Positions 15,618 through 16,370 of a stretch of 16,370 nt of DNA are shown here, piece after piece. The stretch is from the IMG/VR virus record IMGVR_UViG_2724679059_000001. One strand, given 5' to 3'. A program made the position numbers and the translations under genes. Source of the DNA: a virus (taxonomy: Duplodnaviria; Heunggongvirae; Uroviricota; Caudoviricetes). The notes below the pieces were generated by a model. The model did no database searches and was not told the origin of the DNA. It worked only from the letters and a program-made list of their open reading frames with translations. The first letter of the stretch is position 1; each line of letters starts with the position of its first letter.

Positions 15618-16370
15618 CATTACCGTCTGGTACAGTAAACTATCCAGTTCTTTAACGTCCCCTTCCCGGCTGTCTGGTAACAGCGGAGGAATTTCCCCGC
15701 GCGCCAGTTCCGCACGAATAAACGCATGTAACAAAGGACGGCGCAGTCCATATTCCGCTTCACCCGCACGCTGTTTACGCTCCAGCAATTCATCTATTTC
15801 TGCGCGTAATGCCGCATCCAACTCACTTCCCGCCAGCAATTCGGAAAAACGCATTGGCGGTACACCTTTTCCCGCTTCAACCCAACGAACGGCCAGCAGC
15901 GGGCGCAGCACGTAAAAGTATTTTTTCAGTCGAACTTCATCGCCCTGCAAATATCCGCGGAAGTTTTTCTGCGCCATCGAATAGTAATGCCAACGCGCAC
16001 GCAGCGGAGAAAACCACGTTGGGACCATTGCCTTAAGCGCCGTTATCGTTTCTTCATCTTGTTGATAGACCACCGGAGAATCCAGCCATTCTATCAGCGT
16101 CGGGTTCGCGCCTTTCAATAATCCCAGCGCCTTACGCCACTCCCAACCGGAAACATCTAACTCGTCATCGATGGGCAGCTCGATAACATCGCGCGGTGAC
16201 TCTACTCGCAGATACCATTCCAGCGGGTGAACATACAAAAACCGTACATCGTAGTCGCTGTCGGGCGAGGCAAATCCCCAACCGCGACTCCCTGATTCAC
16301 AGGCGTACAATACTTTCACATCATACCGCCGTTCAATTTCTTTTAACTGCTGCGATACCCTTTCGCGCAT
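15606..16370 (-). CDS. nucleotidyltransferase-domain protein (pol-beta superfamily)
   Basis: 254-aa ORF; ATG is the last three bases of the window, stop at 15606-15608. N-terminal G-S-x10-D-x-D motif (CESGSRGWGFASPDSDYDVRF) is the classic pol-beta nucleotidyltransferase signature, followed by a helical C-terminal domain. Confidence 0.75.
   Translation of the reverse strand: MRERVSQQLKEIERRYDVKVLYACESGSRGWGFASPDSDYDVRFLYVHPLEWYLRVESPRDVIELPIDDELDVSGWEWRKALGLLKGANPTLIEWLDSPVVYQQDEETITALKAMVPTWFSPLRARWHYYSMAQKNFRGYLQGDEVRLKKYFYVLRPLLAVRWVEAGKGVPPMRFSELLAGSELDAALRAEIDELLERKQRAGEAEYGLRRPLLHAFIRAELARGEIPPLLPDSREGDVKELDSLLYQTVMRRA

Noticed and set aside
1-16370. Complete Mu-like transposable prophage
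   Set aside because: Mor-type activator and Mu/P2-type tail genes are present, but the activator is divergently oriented and no transposase (A/B), head or replication genes occur between the lysis and tail modules where Mu-type phages place them.

Overview
The window is almost entirely a phage-derived contractile-tail (myovirus, P2/Mu-type) gene cluster on the + strand, flanked by a divergent Mor-family activator gene on the left (1-342, - strand) and a convergent, host-like nucleotidyltransferase gene on the right (15606-16370, - strand). Gene order on + is: membrane protein and SLT-domain lytic transglycosylase (lysis cassette), terminator, two small tail-associated proteins, sheath, tube, assembly chaperone, tape measure (split by a frameshift), gpU-like, gpX-like, gpD-like hub, gpV spike, internal terminator, gpW, gpJ, gpI, tail fiber, tail-fiber assembly protein, and one translationally coupled unknown gene. 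I recognise no capsid, portal, terminase, replication, integrase or transposase genes anywhere in the 16.4 kb. The 536-bp AT-rich divergent control region contains a near-consensus LexA (SOS) box. Together these suggest a headless, SOS-inducible phage-tail-like bacteriocin (R-type tailocin) locus or a tail-only prophage remnant, with a mosaic AT-rich receptor-binding cassette in the fiber. All functional calls are from reading motifs and gene order by eye; no database search or computation was run.
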